Notes: generated by a model from the letters alone, not told the origin. A DNA stretch of 64,000 nt from a virus (IMGVR_UViG_3300049049_000146:195216-259215); one strand, 5' to 3'. Counted from the stretch's first letter, positions 34,462 to 45,287 are shown. A program made the numbers and translations.

Positions 34462-35298
34462 CTAGCTCGCGGACTCGGTCTCGGGTAAAGGGCCTTCCTT
34501 CTCCCCGTCCTCCTTGGGCTTCGGGAAGTAGTTCATGTCGATCTTCTGCTCGTAGAGTGAGTACAAGCTCTCAACAGTGTCGTACAACGACGTATTGAGA
34601 AGCTCGCAGAAAGCCTCGGCAGCAGCGAAGCGCAAACCAATGTGCGGGTACATGGGGTCCGCTACATGCGCTGGCGATTCAGGCTCAAAGCCGAGAGCCT
34701 CCCAGATCGGAATTCCATCCATCGAGGCGGTACCGATCGACACGCAGGCGGCCTTCCAGGCGAACTGGATCAGCGCCACGTTATGCTGAATCTCGCCGGT
34801 CTTCTCCAGGGCCCACTGGTAGTCCTCAGGGTTCAACCCGCGGAATCCGAAGCGCATCTCGATGTTCTTGTTCGCGTCGTCCGGGTCACGACGAAGGACA
34901 GTTCCCTCGATGACGTCGATACGAGCAAGGCCGAAGACTCGCTTGAACTTCTGAAGGATTGCCGTTTCCTTCTGCGAAGCGGGCTTCACTGCAGGCACCG
35001 CACGCTTCTTTGGAAGCTCTACAGGGGCAGCGGCTGCTGGGGCGGGAGCCGGGGCGGGAGCCGGCTGCGCAGCTGCGGTCTTCTGTGCCTGAGCGCGCTG
35101 CTGCGCCTCAAACATAGGGTCGTAAAGAACCGCACGTCCGGGGCCTCCCGCAGGCTGCGAGGGCGCGGTGTTCGAGAATGGCGTGCTTACCGGCTGAGCC
35201 GTTCCCCAAGGATCCTGGGGATGTGGCAAGGTTCCGGGAAGAGGTGCGTCCGAAATCTGCCCGAGGTTGACTCGCTCGCCGTACTTGTCGTTGCTCAT
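34462..35298 (-). CDS. tail assembly chaperone (G-like)
   Basis: Between tube and tape measure; CCCTTTA near the 3' end. Confidence 0.7.
   Translation of the reverse strand: MSNDKYGERVNLGQISDAPLPGTLPHPQDPWGTAQPVSTPFSNTAPSQPAGGPGRAVLYDPMFEAQQRAQAQKTAAAQPAPAPAPAPAAAAPVELPKKRAVPAVKPASQKETAILQKFKRVFGLARIDVIEGTVLRRDPDDANKNIEMRFGFRGLNPEDYQWALEKTGEIQHNVALIQFAWKAACVSIGTASMDGIPIWEALGFEPESPAHVADPMYPHIGLRFAAAEAFCELLNTSLYDTVESLYSLYEQKIDMNYFPKPKEDGEKEGPLPETESAS
34486..34492 (-). other. -1 ribosomal frameshift slippery site C-CCT-TTA
   Basis: X-XXY-YYZ in the correct phase; -1 frame reads into ORF 33911..34411 without a stop. Confidence 0.8.
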
Positions 35299-35360
35299 TC
35301 TGGTTCACTCCTGGATAAGATGGGGACAGCCACTGTATAGATAATACCTGATGACGACCC

Positions 35361-35397
35361 AGAAAACAAGAAGCCCCAGCAAAAACGCCGGGGCTTC
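35361..35397 (-). terminator. intrinsic terminator
   Basis: GAAGCCCC/GGGGCTTC stem followed by TTGTTTTCT. Confidence 0.7.
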
Positions 35398-35428
35398 ATT
35401 GTTTGTCGGGGTGGTGCCGACTACGTGA

Positions 35429-36667
35429 TCACTTCTTCTTCAGAAGCGTCGCGAGGCGCTGAGCGAGCTTCTTCTCGCCCCGCTCGTGAAGCTTCTTCGC
35501 AAGCTGCGCGAGCTTCTTGCGATCGTCAGCAGACGCGATCGAAACCTCACCCATGCCCATCGGGCCCTTCACACTGAGGTTCGGCATGATGTCCATCGCC
35601 TGGGCATCCTCGCCGTCGCCGAGGTCCTCACCGAGGCCCTCTTCCTCTTCCTCCGCAGGAATTCCGAGGTCGTCGCCAGGAGCCATCGGGTCCTCCGCAG
35701 CGGGCTCCTCACCCTCCTCGGCCATATCCTCGTCCGCACCGTACATACGGTCAGACGCCTCAACGTCCTCGTCGAGCGCGCTCATCATGGACGCAAGCTC
35801 GTCCTCGCCCTCACCGAGGTCGGGAAGCGCGAGGTCCATGTCGCCGCCGTCTTCCATCGGCTCCTCGCCGCCCTCGCCGCCCTCGTCACCGAGGTCCGCC
35901 ATGTCCATGTCGGTGTCGTCAGCGGACTCTTCCGAATCCTCTGCCGGAGCTTCCTCGGACTCCTCGGACTCATCAGCGGAGAACGAATCCTCGGACTCCT
36001 CGGACTCTTCCTCGGCCGCGGGCTCTTCAGCTGCGGGTGCCTCTTCCTCGTCGCCCATCGCAAGGCGAAGAAGCTCGTCAAGCTTCGCGTCGAAATCCGC
36101 GCTCTTCTTGGTCTTTGCGGACTTCTTGCCCTCGCCGAAAGGATAGCCCTCACCCTCCTCGAAGGGATTCTCAAGCTTATCCTTCTCCTCAGCAGGAGCC
36201 TGCATCTTCGGCTTGTTCATCTTCTTGCGATCATAGATCTCAGAAGCGTCGCCCTTCTGCTGTGGCTTCGAGTGGTCACCCTCTGAAGAGTACGTGTACT
36301 CGGAGTCAAGCTCCTCCGCGATCTTCAGAACGTCAAGGGCGGCCTTCTTATCGCCTTCCTTGATAAGCTCTGCTGCAATGTCCTCAAGCTCAGAAACCTG
36401 AGCACGAGCGATCTTGCGCATCGCGGCGGCAACCTTCGCGCGACGTGCGCCTGGGTTTACCGACTTCTTAGCGGCAGGGGCGGCCTTCTTCGCGGGCTTC
36501 GCTGCGGCGGGCTTCTTCGGCGCTGCCGTACGTGCACGCTGAGCGGTGTCAAGAATTTCCGCCGACGCCTGATCTACAAGCGTTGCGAGGTCTGCATTAC
36601 CAGTCTTCTCAAGCTCCTGAGCAATGCTGTCAAGCTCAGCGAGTACGGGATTTTCATATTGCGCCAT
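35429..36667 (-). CDS. acidic low-complexity protein (scaffold/internal virion-like)
   Basis: 412 aa, very E/D-rich, in the structural block. Confidence 0.7.
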   Translation of the reverse strand: MAQYENPVLAELDSIAQELEKTGNADLATLVDQASAEILDTAQRARTAAPKKPAAAKPAKKAAPAAKKSVNPGARRAKVAAAMRKIARAQVSELEDIAAELIKEGDKKAALDVLKIAEELDSEYTYSSEGDHSKPQQKGDASEIYDRKKMNKPKMQAPAEEKDKLENPFEEGEGYPFGEGKKSAKTKKSADFDAKLDELLRLAMGDEEEAPAAEEPAAEEESEESEDSFSADESEESEEAPAEDSEESADDTDMDMADLGDEGGEGGEEPMEDGGDMDLALPDLGEGEDELASMMSALDEDVEASDRMYGADEDMAEEGEEPAAEDPMAPGDDLGIPAEEEEEGLGEDLGDGEDAQAMDIMPNLSVKGPMGMGEVSIASADDRKKLAQLAKKLHERGEKKLAQRLATLLKKK

Positions 36668-36703
36668 GGGCTTCGACTCCTAAGGGGTGAAAAACGGAAC
36701 CAA

Positions 36704-37027
36704 TCACTTCTTCCTAAGCCACTCGCGGTTTGCGAGACGCCGCAGAACACGGCGAGCATCGGAAAGGTGTGAAGCAGCCTGACGAATCAGAGCCGCATCA
36801 TCGTCGTCAAAATAACGAAGGGCGGACGTAGAACTAATATCCTGGAAAACGTGATTCAACTCATCCAACCCAATGAAATGACTCGCGACAGCAGTACGGA
36901 CGCGGTCACGCTGCATGCGAGACTGTGCGGGAGAAGAGTCTGAGGGAGAAGACCCCTGAGCCGCACGTTCATGAATACGTGCGGCAATCTGCAGCAAACG
37001 CTCCGAAGGGATCTTCGTTTCAGACAT
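36704..37027 (-). CDS. hypothetical protein
   Basis: 107-aa ORF. Confidence 0.6.
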   Translation of the reverse strand: MSETKIPSERLLQIAARIHERAAQGSSPSDSSPAQSRMQRDRVRTAVASHFIGLDELNHVFQDISSTSALRYFDDDDAALIRQAASHLSDARRVLRRLANREWLRKK

Positions 37028-37028
37028 A

Positions 37029-37547
37029 TCAGACAGCCCTCGTACGCGAGACGAAGTTGATCTCGCCGTTCACCTGGAAAATGGCGTTGCCTTCCTTATC
37101 AGCGCCATCCTCGTTGCGGCCGGCAAACCAGCAACCAGAGTACAGCCACACGCGGTACACAGTGTTACCGCGGAACAGGTACTCCTGCATCGAGAATGGG
37201 CGAGTCTGGTCAATCAAGTCAGACCAAACTGCTGGGTAGCCCAACGCAATTTCAAACTCCTGGTTCCAGACCTCAACACGCGAGACGGACACAGAGTAGT
37301 TTGAGTTGACACCTGGTACGTAGTCAACAGGGCGACCGAACGTAAGGTGGTTAAGCTCGTACACGTGCTGGCCCGCACGCGTGTACATCTGAGGGGACCA
37401 ACTCTGAACTCGACCAATGATTCGACCACCAACGACAATCGAAATGCCGTGGTAGGTCTTGATCGTTGGTGCACCAGGCGCGTCGAATTCAAGCGGGCTA
37501 ACGCGAACGCCGTGTGGGTTCCCTGCGAATGGAGTAGGGGATGCCAT
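37029..37547 (-). CDS. probable tail tube protein
   Basis: 172 aa, beta-rich; I.V.G.IIG.VQS...R....YE..., Y.GCW pattern; downstream of sheath. Confidence 0.75.
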   Translation of the reverse strand: MASPTPFAGNPHGVRVSPLEFDAPGAPTIKTYHGISIVVGGRIIGRVQSWSPQMYTRAGQHVYELNHLTFGRPVDYVPGVNSNYSVSVSRVEVWNQEFEIALGYPAVWSDLIDQTRPFSMQEYLFRGNTVYRVWLYSGCWFAGRNEDGADKEGNAIFQVNGEINFVSRTRAV

Positions 37548-37564
37548 GTATCACTTCCTGTGGG

Positions 37565-38041
37565 TTAGCGAACTTTCTCTGCGCCTTCCAGGAGCTTGGA
37601 AGCCAAACGCTTGAGCTTCATATAACGACGCAAATCAGACTTAGTAACTCCATCGGAGTGTTTGCGAATCAACGCGGAAGTGTACGCACGCTCCTCTAAC
37701 GCCTGAGCAGCGTTCAACAAATTCAACTGCGAGATCAACGACATCTTCGATGCCTCGCGGGTCGAATCGTAGTACGCGGAGTTCTGATCGATGGTATTCA
37801 GTTCGACGTGGACAGGAAACTTGTGAAATTGTGCGGCAAATTCAACAACTGGGTGAATGCCGTGAGTTCGGATGTACCGGAGGTACTCCTGCGTGAAGAC
37901 CACTGCCTTGTCCACATCCGGAACGAGAACTCCTTTTGAGAGGAGGTCCAGCTTCCGATTGTATAGAAGAACCTGCCCCGACTGCTGAACTGCGTTCAAG
38001 CCGGTCATCTGGAGCAATTCACTGAGGCGTTCGAGAGACAT
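37565..38041 (-). CDS. hypothetical protein
   Basis: 158-aa ORF. Confidence 0.65.
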   Translation of the reverse strand: MSLERLSELLQMTGLNAVQQSGQVLLYNRKLDLLSKGVLVPDVDKAVVFTQEYLRYIRTHGIHPVVEFAAQFHKFPVHVELNTIDQNSAYYDSTREASKMSLISQLNLLNAAQALEERAYTSALIRKHSDGVTKSDLRRYMKLKRLASKLLEGAEKVR

Positions 38042-39456
38042 CAGGTGCCCGTCTCCTCAAGCTCGTTAACCTTCTCCATGTACATCTCGTACGCGGAGAT
38101 CAGATAACCCTCGTACTGACGAAGCTGCTCGTCGTCCCATTCCGCAGGAACGAACGACGGGCGATCACCGCCCTCAAGTGCAGTGTGGATCTGCTCCATC
38201 ATGCGCTCGATATTCTGAGCCATGACCTGGAACTTCTTCAAGTCAGTGGCTTTTTGAAGCTGAGGGTGCTCGTTCACCTTCTGCTTGAGAAGCTTCAATC
38301 GGCTCTTCGCAAGCTCAAGGACTTCGTCCTTTTCGTGGCGTGGAGCGTAGAGGTCCGCGATAGAGTTCGCTGCCTCCTCGTCCGTCTTCATGCCGTCCTG
38401 CCAGGAATTGATCGCCATCTGAGCCTGGTCAGAAAGCTCCAAGCCTGCCGCCCGCTCCATGAAAGATTCAGGCGTGACCTGTCCCTTCAAGTATGCATGG
38501 ACAAGGTCTTCAATCGAGGTGGCTGCTGGAGCCTCTGTGGCAGACTCATCGGCAGAGGGCTCTTCAATAGCTTCCTCCGCGGCTGCCGGCGCTGCTTCTT
38601 CCTCTGCAGGCTCAGGCTTCGCCTCGCCACCAAGAAGCTCGTCAAACTTCGCGAACAAAAGACGCGTCTGCCGGTCTGAGGACGCTTCCGGGTAGAGCGT
38701 AGAATACTGAATGTAGATCGTGAACTCGTTCGATGCCTGGGGCAGCGAGCGGTTCTTCAGCGCAACACCACGAGTAAGGTCATTGAAGACCTTCATTGCA
38801 TCTTCGGACGATTCGAACACAGCGGGACGAAGAGCGTCCTCGTCCTTGACGCGAGCAGACTCGTAATAAGCGGTCTCGCCCGTGTCCACGTCAATGATGC
38901 GCCAACGCTGGTTCGCAAAGTCACGAACAACCTTGTACTTACGATCGCCCGCACGACGAGCGTCGGTAGCAATGATCTTGGTGCGAGTCTGCGTCCCGCC
39001 GAATACGTCAGAGAGAAGCTTCTCAAGCTGCTGCGTCGAAAGGACCGTACCGCCGTAATGAGGACCAGTAGACATGTCGTGGACAGTCTTGCTGGTCATT
39101 ACACCAAGACCCTGTTCGGTCTTGTTGGTCAGGTAGATGGGTCCAAAAATGAATTCAACCCGAATGGCCTCACCCACGTTAGGAATGAACGACCTAGCGG
39201 CGCGTACACCCTTATCCGTCAAAATTGACGGTGGAGGGGACGTCGGCTTCGCCGCGTTCTGCGACTTGAAACGTGGGAGGCTATCGGGGAAAAGGAAAGC
39301 GACAAGCTTCTTTAGGCTACCGTTGCTCGCACGGTCAAATGCAGCAACAGCCTGTCCTGGATCGACAGGACGAAACGCAACCTGTTGGGTTCTGATTGCT
39401 AGCTTGTGGAAGAAGCTAGCAAGGCGAATCCTCGTTGACTGATCCAGGACAGGCAT
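38041..39456 (-). CDS. hypothetical protein (virion-associated?)
   Basis: 471-aa ORF between sheath and tube. Confidence 0.7.
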   Translation of the reverse strand: MPVLDQSTRIRLASFFHKLAIRTQQVAFRPVDPGQAVAAFDRASNGSLKKLVAFLFPDSLPRFKSQNAAKPTSPPPSILTDKGVRAARSFIPNVGEAIRVEFIFGPIYLTNKTEQGLGVMTSKTVHDMSTGPHYGGTVLSTQQLEKLLSDVFGGTQTRTKIIATDARRAGDRKYKVVRDFANQRWRIIDVDTGETAYYESARVKDEDALRPAVFESSEDAMKVFNDLTRGVALKNRSLPQASNEFTIYIQYSTLYPEASSDRQTRLLFAKFDELLGGEAKPEPAEEEAAPAAAEEAIEEPSADESATEAPAATSIEDLVHAYLKGQVTPESFMERAAGLELSDQAQMAINSWQDGMKTDEEAANSIADLYAPRHEKDEVLELAKSRLKLLKQKVNEHPQLQKATDLKKFQVMAQNIERMMEQIHTALEGGDRPSFVPAEWDDEQLRQYEGYLISAYEMYMEKVNELEETGT

Positions 39457-39462
39457 CTTGCC

Positions 39463-40392
39463 TCAGAAAGTAAGATCGTCGTATGCACGGGGCGCTGCCA
39501 TACGGGACAGCGTCTTAGCGCGCTCAACCTCGTGATTGAGCTTCGCAACGAGCTTATAGCTCGCCGTTACTTCATCCGCAAACTTGTTACCCGCCGCTGC
39601 CGCCTTTGCCTGACCAAGCGAATCAAACACCTTGCGGATGGTCTGAGTCACAGGGACAAGCTCGCCGAGGAGCGCCTTCGAATTCTTGCGAATGGTGTCA
39701 AGGAGAAGCGACAGAGCAGCGCGCATCTGACGAACGTCGTTCGACATCACAGCGTTCTCAAGTCCGTCGTTCGCCTTAGAAATGGTCGCAAGCGCCTGCT
39801 GAATTGCAGGAAGCTTACCCTTCACCATCTCATAAAGCTGGAACACAGGCTTGCGCTGAGCATCGCTGCCCTTAGCATTCTCCTTCGCTACCTGAGGCTT
39901 GGTAAGCGGAGATCCGAGGTCGCCCTCGTCAAGCTCACGCGTATCAAGGTCCTCCATCAGGGCCCGACGAAGCTCGGCGATCTTCGCCTTACGAGCGTCG
40001 CCCGCGTCGGCAATCTTCGCCTTGACCTTCGGCTTAGGAGTGGACTTCAGCGGGGGCGTCTCGGAGGTAAGCTCCTTACGCTTCTTGTCCGCCTCGTCCA
40101 GCGCCTTCTGCTTGGTCTTCTTTGGCGTTCCCTTGTCAGCAACCTCTTCCTTGCGGCGAGGAGTCGCCTTGTCACGCTTGTTGGTCGGCTTTACCTTCGC
40201 AAGCTCCTTCGAAGGAGAGCGCTTGTCCTCAGCCGTCTGCTTCGCCTGAGCCTTATCCTCAGGGAACGATTCAGACTTGGGCTTTGAGGGCGCCTTCTTC
40301 TTGGCAGCTTCCTTTTCCAGGGTCTCGATCATCTTTCGGCGGGCAGCAGCCGACACCCGACGAAGGCGATCATTCATGGTGCTCGTTGTCAT
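39463..40392 (-). CDS. basic hypothetical protein (virion-associated?)
   Basis: 309-aa Lys/Ala-rich ORF. Confidence 0.7.
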   Translation of the reverse strand: MTTSTMNDRLRRVSAAARRKMIETLEKEAAKKKAPSKPKSESFPEDKAQAKQTAEDKRSPSKELAKVKPTNKRDKATPRRKEEVADKGTPKKTKQKALDEADKKRKELTSETPPLKSTPKPKVKAKIADAGDARKAKIAELRRALMEDLDTRELDEGDLGSPLTKPQVAKENAKGSDAQRKPVFQLYEMVKGKLPAIQQALATISKANDGLENAVMSNDVRQMRAALSLLLDTIRKNSKALLGELVPVTQTIRKVFDSLGQAKAAAAGNKFADEVTASYKLVAKLNHEVERAKTLSRMAAPRAYDDLTF

Positions 40393-40407
40393 GGGCTATC
40401 TCTCTCC

Positions 40408-43400
40408 TCAGACCTGCTGGCCGAAGAACTTGCGGTCAACCGAGTACAGACCAAACAGGCGCTTGATCGGGTAACGGCCGAACCAGTAGTATTTGAAGTT
40501 GTAGAGGGTCTTGGAATCCTTCGCGCGGAAGACCTCAACGTCCGAATTCGGGTCGATTGGGCGTGGGTTACCGTTCTCGTCCTGGTAAGGACCGATGATT
40601 CCACGAGCGACCAGGCCAGCCAGACGCTCGACGAGGAACGTCTGGATGATCGCGACACCTGCCTGCTCGGAAGGAGGCACGATAGCGATGAGGCTGTTGT
40701 CCATCTGCGTGCGGATTTCACGCGTGACGAACTGCTTCTGGTTGATCGCGACGGAGATTTCGTTGTTGTCGTCAGAGCTACGATCGACCGTAGTGGACTC
40801 CTCGATACGGAACACCGGAGCGTCGTCACTGCCCTGATTCGACAACCAGATGATGGACGCACCGTTGAGGAGAAGCTCGTCGGGCTCCGAGTAAACCTTC
40901 ATCGAGTCGAACCCGAAGAGGTTCTGACGAAGAAGAGTCTGACCAGGGTCCTCGAACGAAGCGTTCTTCGCAGCAAGAGCGCCCGCGATGAACGAACCGT
41001 CAAGCGTCACGACGACGTTAGAACCGTCAGAAAGCGTGATCGTCTTCGTGGCTTCAACGTTACCGCAAAGCACACGCGTACCGTGCGCTGGGTTCTCGCC
41101 GAACACCTGGAGGGTGCGCGTTGCGAGGTAAACCAGCGTACCTGGAGTCGACTCATCACCGATCTGAGTACCAACCGGCGCACCCACCCAAAGAGCACGC
41201 TCGCCACGCTCGAAGGGATCGTTCATCTTCTCGTTGTTCGCCATCGATGCCGAAAGCGATGAGAAGCTGTTGAGCACGATTACGTCCGTGAGCGTACGAA
41301 CATCTTCGGTGGCTTCAATTGCGCGGTTGATGTCAACCGGGTTGATGACGCCGTCACCATCAAGGTCTCGCGCCTGGCAGAAGTACGCGCCGGGGGCGTC
41401 GTTATCCGTCAGAGCAAGCTGAGCCGCGATGTAGAGGTCGTTTGTCGCCGACGACGGACCGAGGAGAATTCCTGCTTCGTCGTCGCTAAGCGCGCGAAGC
41501 GGAGTCTCATAAAGCTCCGTCGGACGAACCGTATTCGCCGTGATGTAGTAAATGTTGCCCGGAGAAGGCTCAATTCCTACGGTCTCGTAACGAATCTCGA
41601 TCGGATTTACCGGAGCCGTCGTGAACGCAACGTAAGGCTGCGTCGTTGATGGCATCGAGTACGACGTGATCAGCGCTCCAGTGACCGTGTCGCGCACGTA
41701 AAGGATCTGGGTAGGAATGCTCGAAAGAACAACGTACCTCAGACCAACAGTGCCCGTAATGACACCGAGCGCGTCCGTGTAGACCTGCGTCGTGTTGATC
41801 GTCTCGCTGGTCCTGGTCGTGAGGGACCAGTCGATGACGTCGTCACACACGGTGTCGAACGTCCAACGGTCGCCAATCGCGAAGCGGTTCGAAGACGTAA
41901 CCTGAGAACCAAGGTTACGCACGTAGAGGCGCACGCCACCAGGCAGGAAGAGTGAGCCACCCGCCCCCGTAGCGGACACAATACCGAAGCTTCCTTCGGG
42001 TGTGCCCGTCTGATAGGAGAACGTCGCGACATTGTCAGATCCGCTCGTACCAACCGCGGAGACATCGAGGATGTACTCACGGTCGTCCTTTGCAGAAATG
42101 AAAGCGCGAGGCGCGTTTGCCTGGAACCAGTACGCGTCATTTGCCGCGAAGTTCGAGGCACCAAACGCGAGGTCGATCAAAACACCATCACCGAGGCTGA
42201 CGTTGGAATTCGTGCCCGTAGCCTCGGAAATCGTGAATGTACGGCCAGAGCCGTTGTAGCGAAGGTCCGCGTATTCACCCCACGCCTGCCACACGAATGT
42301 GGCGGTACGTGCGCCCGCAGCACCCGCAGCAGCCGTGCAGATGAGGAGGTAACGACGGTTCGCGCTACCAGTGTACTCCGCGTTCGCACGAAGAGTGATG
42401 GCGCCCGTGCCCGTCGCTGCGCCGCCGATCGAAATCGACCAGTTTGGCGTTGCAGCAACCTGAGTGACCGCGCCGGAGCTAACCGCGGAGAACGATGCGT
42501 GCTGGACGGTGTTCAACACCGCTGAATCGATCTCAATACGGGACGGACCGACGACCGACGTCTCGAAAACATCGCCAGTGTCCGTGTCGGAAGCGGAGTC
42601 GTCTAGCACCAGGACGATCTGGTCGCCCGTGATATCAGTGAAATTGATCGTACGTACTGCGCCCGGGGCACCGAAATCAACCGTCGTCGAAGACGACGTA
42701 AATCCGGTGTGGAGCGGAAGCTGCGGCATCGTGCCGATACCTGTAGTACCGAACATCGAAGCAGCGGTGATGCTTGCACCCGCAGCAACTGCAGGAATAC
42801 TTGCGCCTGAATCCTGGAGCACTTCAATCGTCGCAGGAATTGACGCGCCGACGGTGCCGATTGTCACGCGATAACGACGATTGTAGCCGTGACCAGACGT
42901 AGACGCCGGACCAACATGGAGCATGCTGGTTCCAGTGCCGCTTACACGTCGGAAGTAGCCGGCACTAGCCAGCGCGGAGCCGGTCGTGGGGAAGCGGAGT
43001 CCAGTCGTTCCGAGCACAGCGTTCGCGGTACCAACGTTCACCAACACAGCAGAAATGCCAGGGTCGTTCGAATTCGAACGAATGGTGATGTTGCCCGAGG
43101 ACTCGGCGATTGCAATACCCTGGGCAGAGATCACGGCGTTGATCTGCGCAGCAGCCGAAGCAGCTGACGTGGTCGCGCCCGCGGCGAACACGACGTTCGG
43201 CATGACGACGCCGTTGATGGAGAGGCTCAGGATTTCACCGCCCGCAAAGTTGAACGGAGCGGCAGCCGTACTCGTGATCTGCGCCGCGAGGAAGCCCTCA
43301 TCTGTGCTCGCAGAATTCGCGTTGTCCGCATCGGCGGTCGGCGAGGTGATCGACACAGGGATGAAGAAGTTCACGAACTCAACGTAGAGATCCTGATTCT

Positions 43401-43872
43401 CTGCGTTGCCGACGAACCGAACCTGACGAATGTCGTCAAAGAGAAGCTCGTCGCGAATCGTGCGAGAAGAGGACTGGTAGCTGAGGGTGTAGCTTACGGT
43501 TGGGTCGAAAACCTCAGGAAGCATAAGCACGGAGTCGTAGACTCCGGAACCTGGGGTTGACTCAAAGAAACGCCACTTCGAGGGCGAAACAACGTTACCA
43601 TCACTGCGCTCAAGAACAGCTACAGTCTGGTCGTTGATTGCTGGCTGGGCGAGCGCCACAATGTGAGGTGCGACACCAGGGAAAGGCATCGCGACGTCAC
43701 GCAGGTAGCTGCGACGCATGCTGTCGTTAAAGACAGTGCGAAGGCGGCTACCCTTACCAACGTAGCAAGGCAAACGGACGAAGCCGGTAAGCCCCGTTGG
43801 GGTTGGGCGGTTGACACGGCCAATATACGCGCCGGGCTTTACAACTCGTGTAGTTACAAGAACGTCAGGCAT
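40408..43872 (-). CDS. contractile tail sheath protein with inserted domains
   Basis: N-terminal PGAYI; C-terminal sheath-like fold ending F.Y...YPIKR; 1154 aa. Confidence 0.82.
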   Translation of the reverse strand: MPDVLVTTRVVKPGAYIGRVNRPTPTGLTGFVRLPCYVGKGSRLRTVFNDSMRRSYLRDVAMPFPGVAPHIVALAQPAINDQTVAVLERSDGNVVSPSKWRFFESTPGSGVYDSVLMLPEVFDPTVSYTLSYQSSSRTIRDELLFDDIRQVRFVGNAENQDLYVEFVNFFIPVSITSPTADADNANSASTDEGFLAAQITSTAAAPFNFAGGEILSLSINGVVMPNVVFAAGATTSAASAAAQINAVISAQGIAIAESSGNITIRSNSNDPGISAVLVNVGTANAVLGTTGLRFPTTGSALASAGYFRRVSGTGTSMLHVGPASTSGHGYNRRYRVTIGTVGASIPATIEVLQDSGASIPAVAAGASITAASMFGTTGIGTMPQLPLHTGFTSSSTTVDFGAPGAVRTINFTDITGDQIVLVLDDSASDTDTGDVFETSVVGPSRIEIDSAVLNTVQHASFSAVSSGAVTQVAATPNWSISIGGAATGTGAITLRANAEYTGSANRRYLLICTAAAGAAGARTATFVWQAWGEYADLRYNGSGRTFTISEATGTNSNVSLGDGVLIDLAFGASNFAANDAYWFQANAPRAFISAKDDREYILDVSAVGTSGSDNVATFSYQTGTPEGSFGIVSATGAGGSLFLPGGVRLYVRNLGSQVTSSNRFAIGDRWTFDTVCDDVIDWSLTTRTSETINTTQVYTDALGVITGTVGLRYVVLSSIPTQILYVRDTVTGALITSYSMPSTTQPYVAFTTAPVNPIEIRYETVGIEPSPGNIYYITANTVRPTELYETPLRALSDDEAGILLGPSSATNDLYIAAQLALTDNDAPGAYFCQARDLDGDGVINPVDINRAIEATEDVRTLTDVIVLNSFSSLSASMANNEKMNDPFERGERALWVGAPVGTQIGDESTPGTLVYLATRTLQVFGENPAHGTRVLCGNVEATKTITLSDGSNVVVTLDGSFIAGALAAKNASFEDPGQTLLRQNLFGFDSMKVYSEPDELLLNGASIIWLSNQGSDDAPVFRIEESTTVDRSSDDNNEISVAINQKQFVTREIRTQMDNSLIAIVPPSEQAGVAIIQTFLVERLAGLVARGIIGPYQDENGNPRPIDPNSDVEVFRAKDSKTLYNFKYYWFGRYPIKRLFGLYSVDRKFFGQQV

Positions 43873-43956
43873 GGTCCTCAGACACTCCGCACTCTACGTT
43901 ATCCGCAGTAGACGGAGTAGTTTGTTGTGTTCTAAGCCGGCGTAAGTAGCAGGAAA

Positions 43957-44511
43957 TCACTCACCGAGGTCGTTCGCAAGCTCGTCAAGTGCTGCGTCAT
44001 CATCGACGTCAGCCTCGTCACCTGCGTCGAGATCCATGTCGCCAGCATCCTCATCAAGGCCAGCGTCATCAAGGGCTGGCTCGTCAGCTGCGGGGGCAGC
44101 CGGAGCAGCTTCAGCACCGGGAGCCGCAGGAGCGCCGCCAGCAGCGCCGGGGGCCTGCGTCATGTCACGAAGCTTCATGTAGAATTCGTGAAGGTCCTTC
44201 TCGTGCTTCTCGGCAGCATTCACGAGCTTCTTCACCATCTGAACCTGCTCGGCTCCATGTCCGTACGAGTCCATGAAGATGTAGACGAGGTTCTGGCCAC
44301 GGTTGTTGTTCCACCAGTTCAGGAAGTCCGGCCAACTCTCGATCTCAATCTTCGATTCCTTCGAAGAAGCAGCCTCACGAAGGCTTGCTGCGTTCAACTC
44401 GCGAATAGCGGCAGCGATGCGGGCGCTAACGCCATCAAGATTACGACTCTCCGCCTGTGCTGCGAGGCGAAGGAGCTTCTCACGGGCTTCGTTATTGCTG
44501 CTCATGGACAC
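43957..44511 (-). CDS. hypothetical protein, acidic tail
   Basis: 184-aa ORF. Confidence 0.65.
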   Translation of the reverse strand: MSMSSNNEAREKLLRLAAQAESRNLDGVSARIAAAIRELNAASLREAASSKESKIEIESWPDFLNWWNNNRGQNLVYIFMDSYGHGAEQVQMVKKLVNAAEKHEKDLHEFYMKLRDMTQAPGAAGGAPAAPGAEAAPAAPAADEPALDDAGLDEDAGDMDLDAGDEADVDDDAALDELANDLGE

Positions 44512-44609
44512 AACCTAGGTGTAGGAAAGATAACCCGACGATGCGGGGGTTGAAATCACTTCCGGAAGATTTCGGACCGAACCGTAGATAACGGCAACGA
44601 AAGCGTCCT

Positions 44610-45287
44610 CTAAGGAGTGTGGAAGACGTCTTGGATTGCCTTCCGGACGAAAGAGTAAGGGTATACGTGGTCGTACTCGTTGTTCACGATACGGTCGCAT
44701 TCTTTTTCGATGAGCGAACGAACATACCCCTTGAAGGGCATCATGAAATAGTACCCAGGGCCCGTGAACTGGTTGCAGACGAATTCTACGTCCTCATCCT
44801 CAATCCGCCCGTTCATCCAGTAGAGCACAGCAAGCGTCATGCGATACCCGGCAACTTCTTCAGCAGCCCGGAAGGGTGCTGGTAGAGGGGCCAAGCACAG
44901 CAAGAAAGCAAAACAAAAGTACCAGCCCCAACCAAGCCAAATGCCGAGGAAGCCGAAGACTGACAATACCGCAAGGATCTGCGGAAAGATGTATGCTAGG
45001 CGGTGCGGCCACGTGCCCTTCTGCTTTGTGTGAAGCAGGTGGACGAATTCATGCGCCAGAACAGTCCAGAGAAGACGAACGTTCTGGAACCATGACTCAG
45101 GCACGAATACCTTCGGGTACATCGTGGTACCGAAGTGCTCCATGAATCGGCGATTGAAGAGCCAAACCACAGCTGCGGCAGCCTTCATCCAATCGCTCTT
45201 CTGCTTAGACAGCGTCTCGTACCCCGGAATCTGACGCCGGATCTCCTGATCCAGCCGCTCCAGCATCATCTCGTCCTGCGTCTGCAT
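44610..45287 (-). CDS. membrane-associated HExxH protein (putative metallopeptidase)
   Basis: VLAHEFVH, hydrophobic hairpin, R..EE..GY. Confidence 0.7.
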   Translation of the reverse strand: MQTQDEMMLERLDQEIRRQIPGYETLSKQKSDWMKAAAAVVWLFNRRFMEHFGTTMYPKVFVPESWFQNVRLLWTVLAHEFVHLLHTKQKGTWPHRLAYIFPQILAVLSVFGFLGIWLGWGWYFCFAFLLCLAPLPAPFRAAEEVAGYRMTLAVLYWMNGRIEDEDVEFVCNQFTGPGYYFMMPFKGYVRSLIEKECDRIVNNEYDHVYPYSFVRKAIQDVFHTP

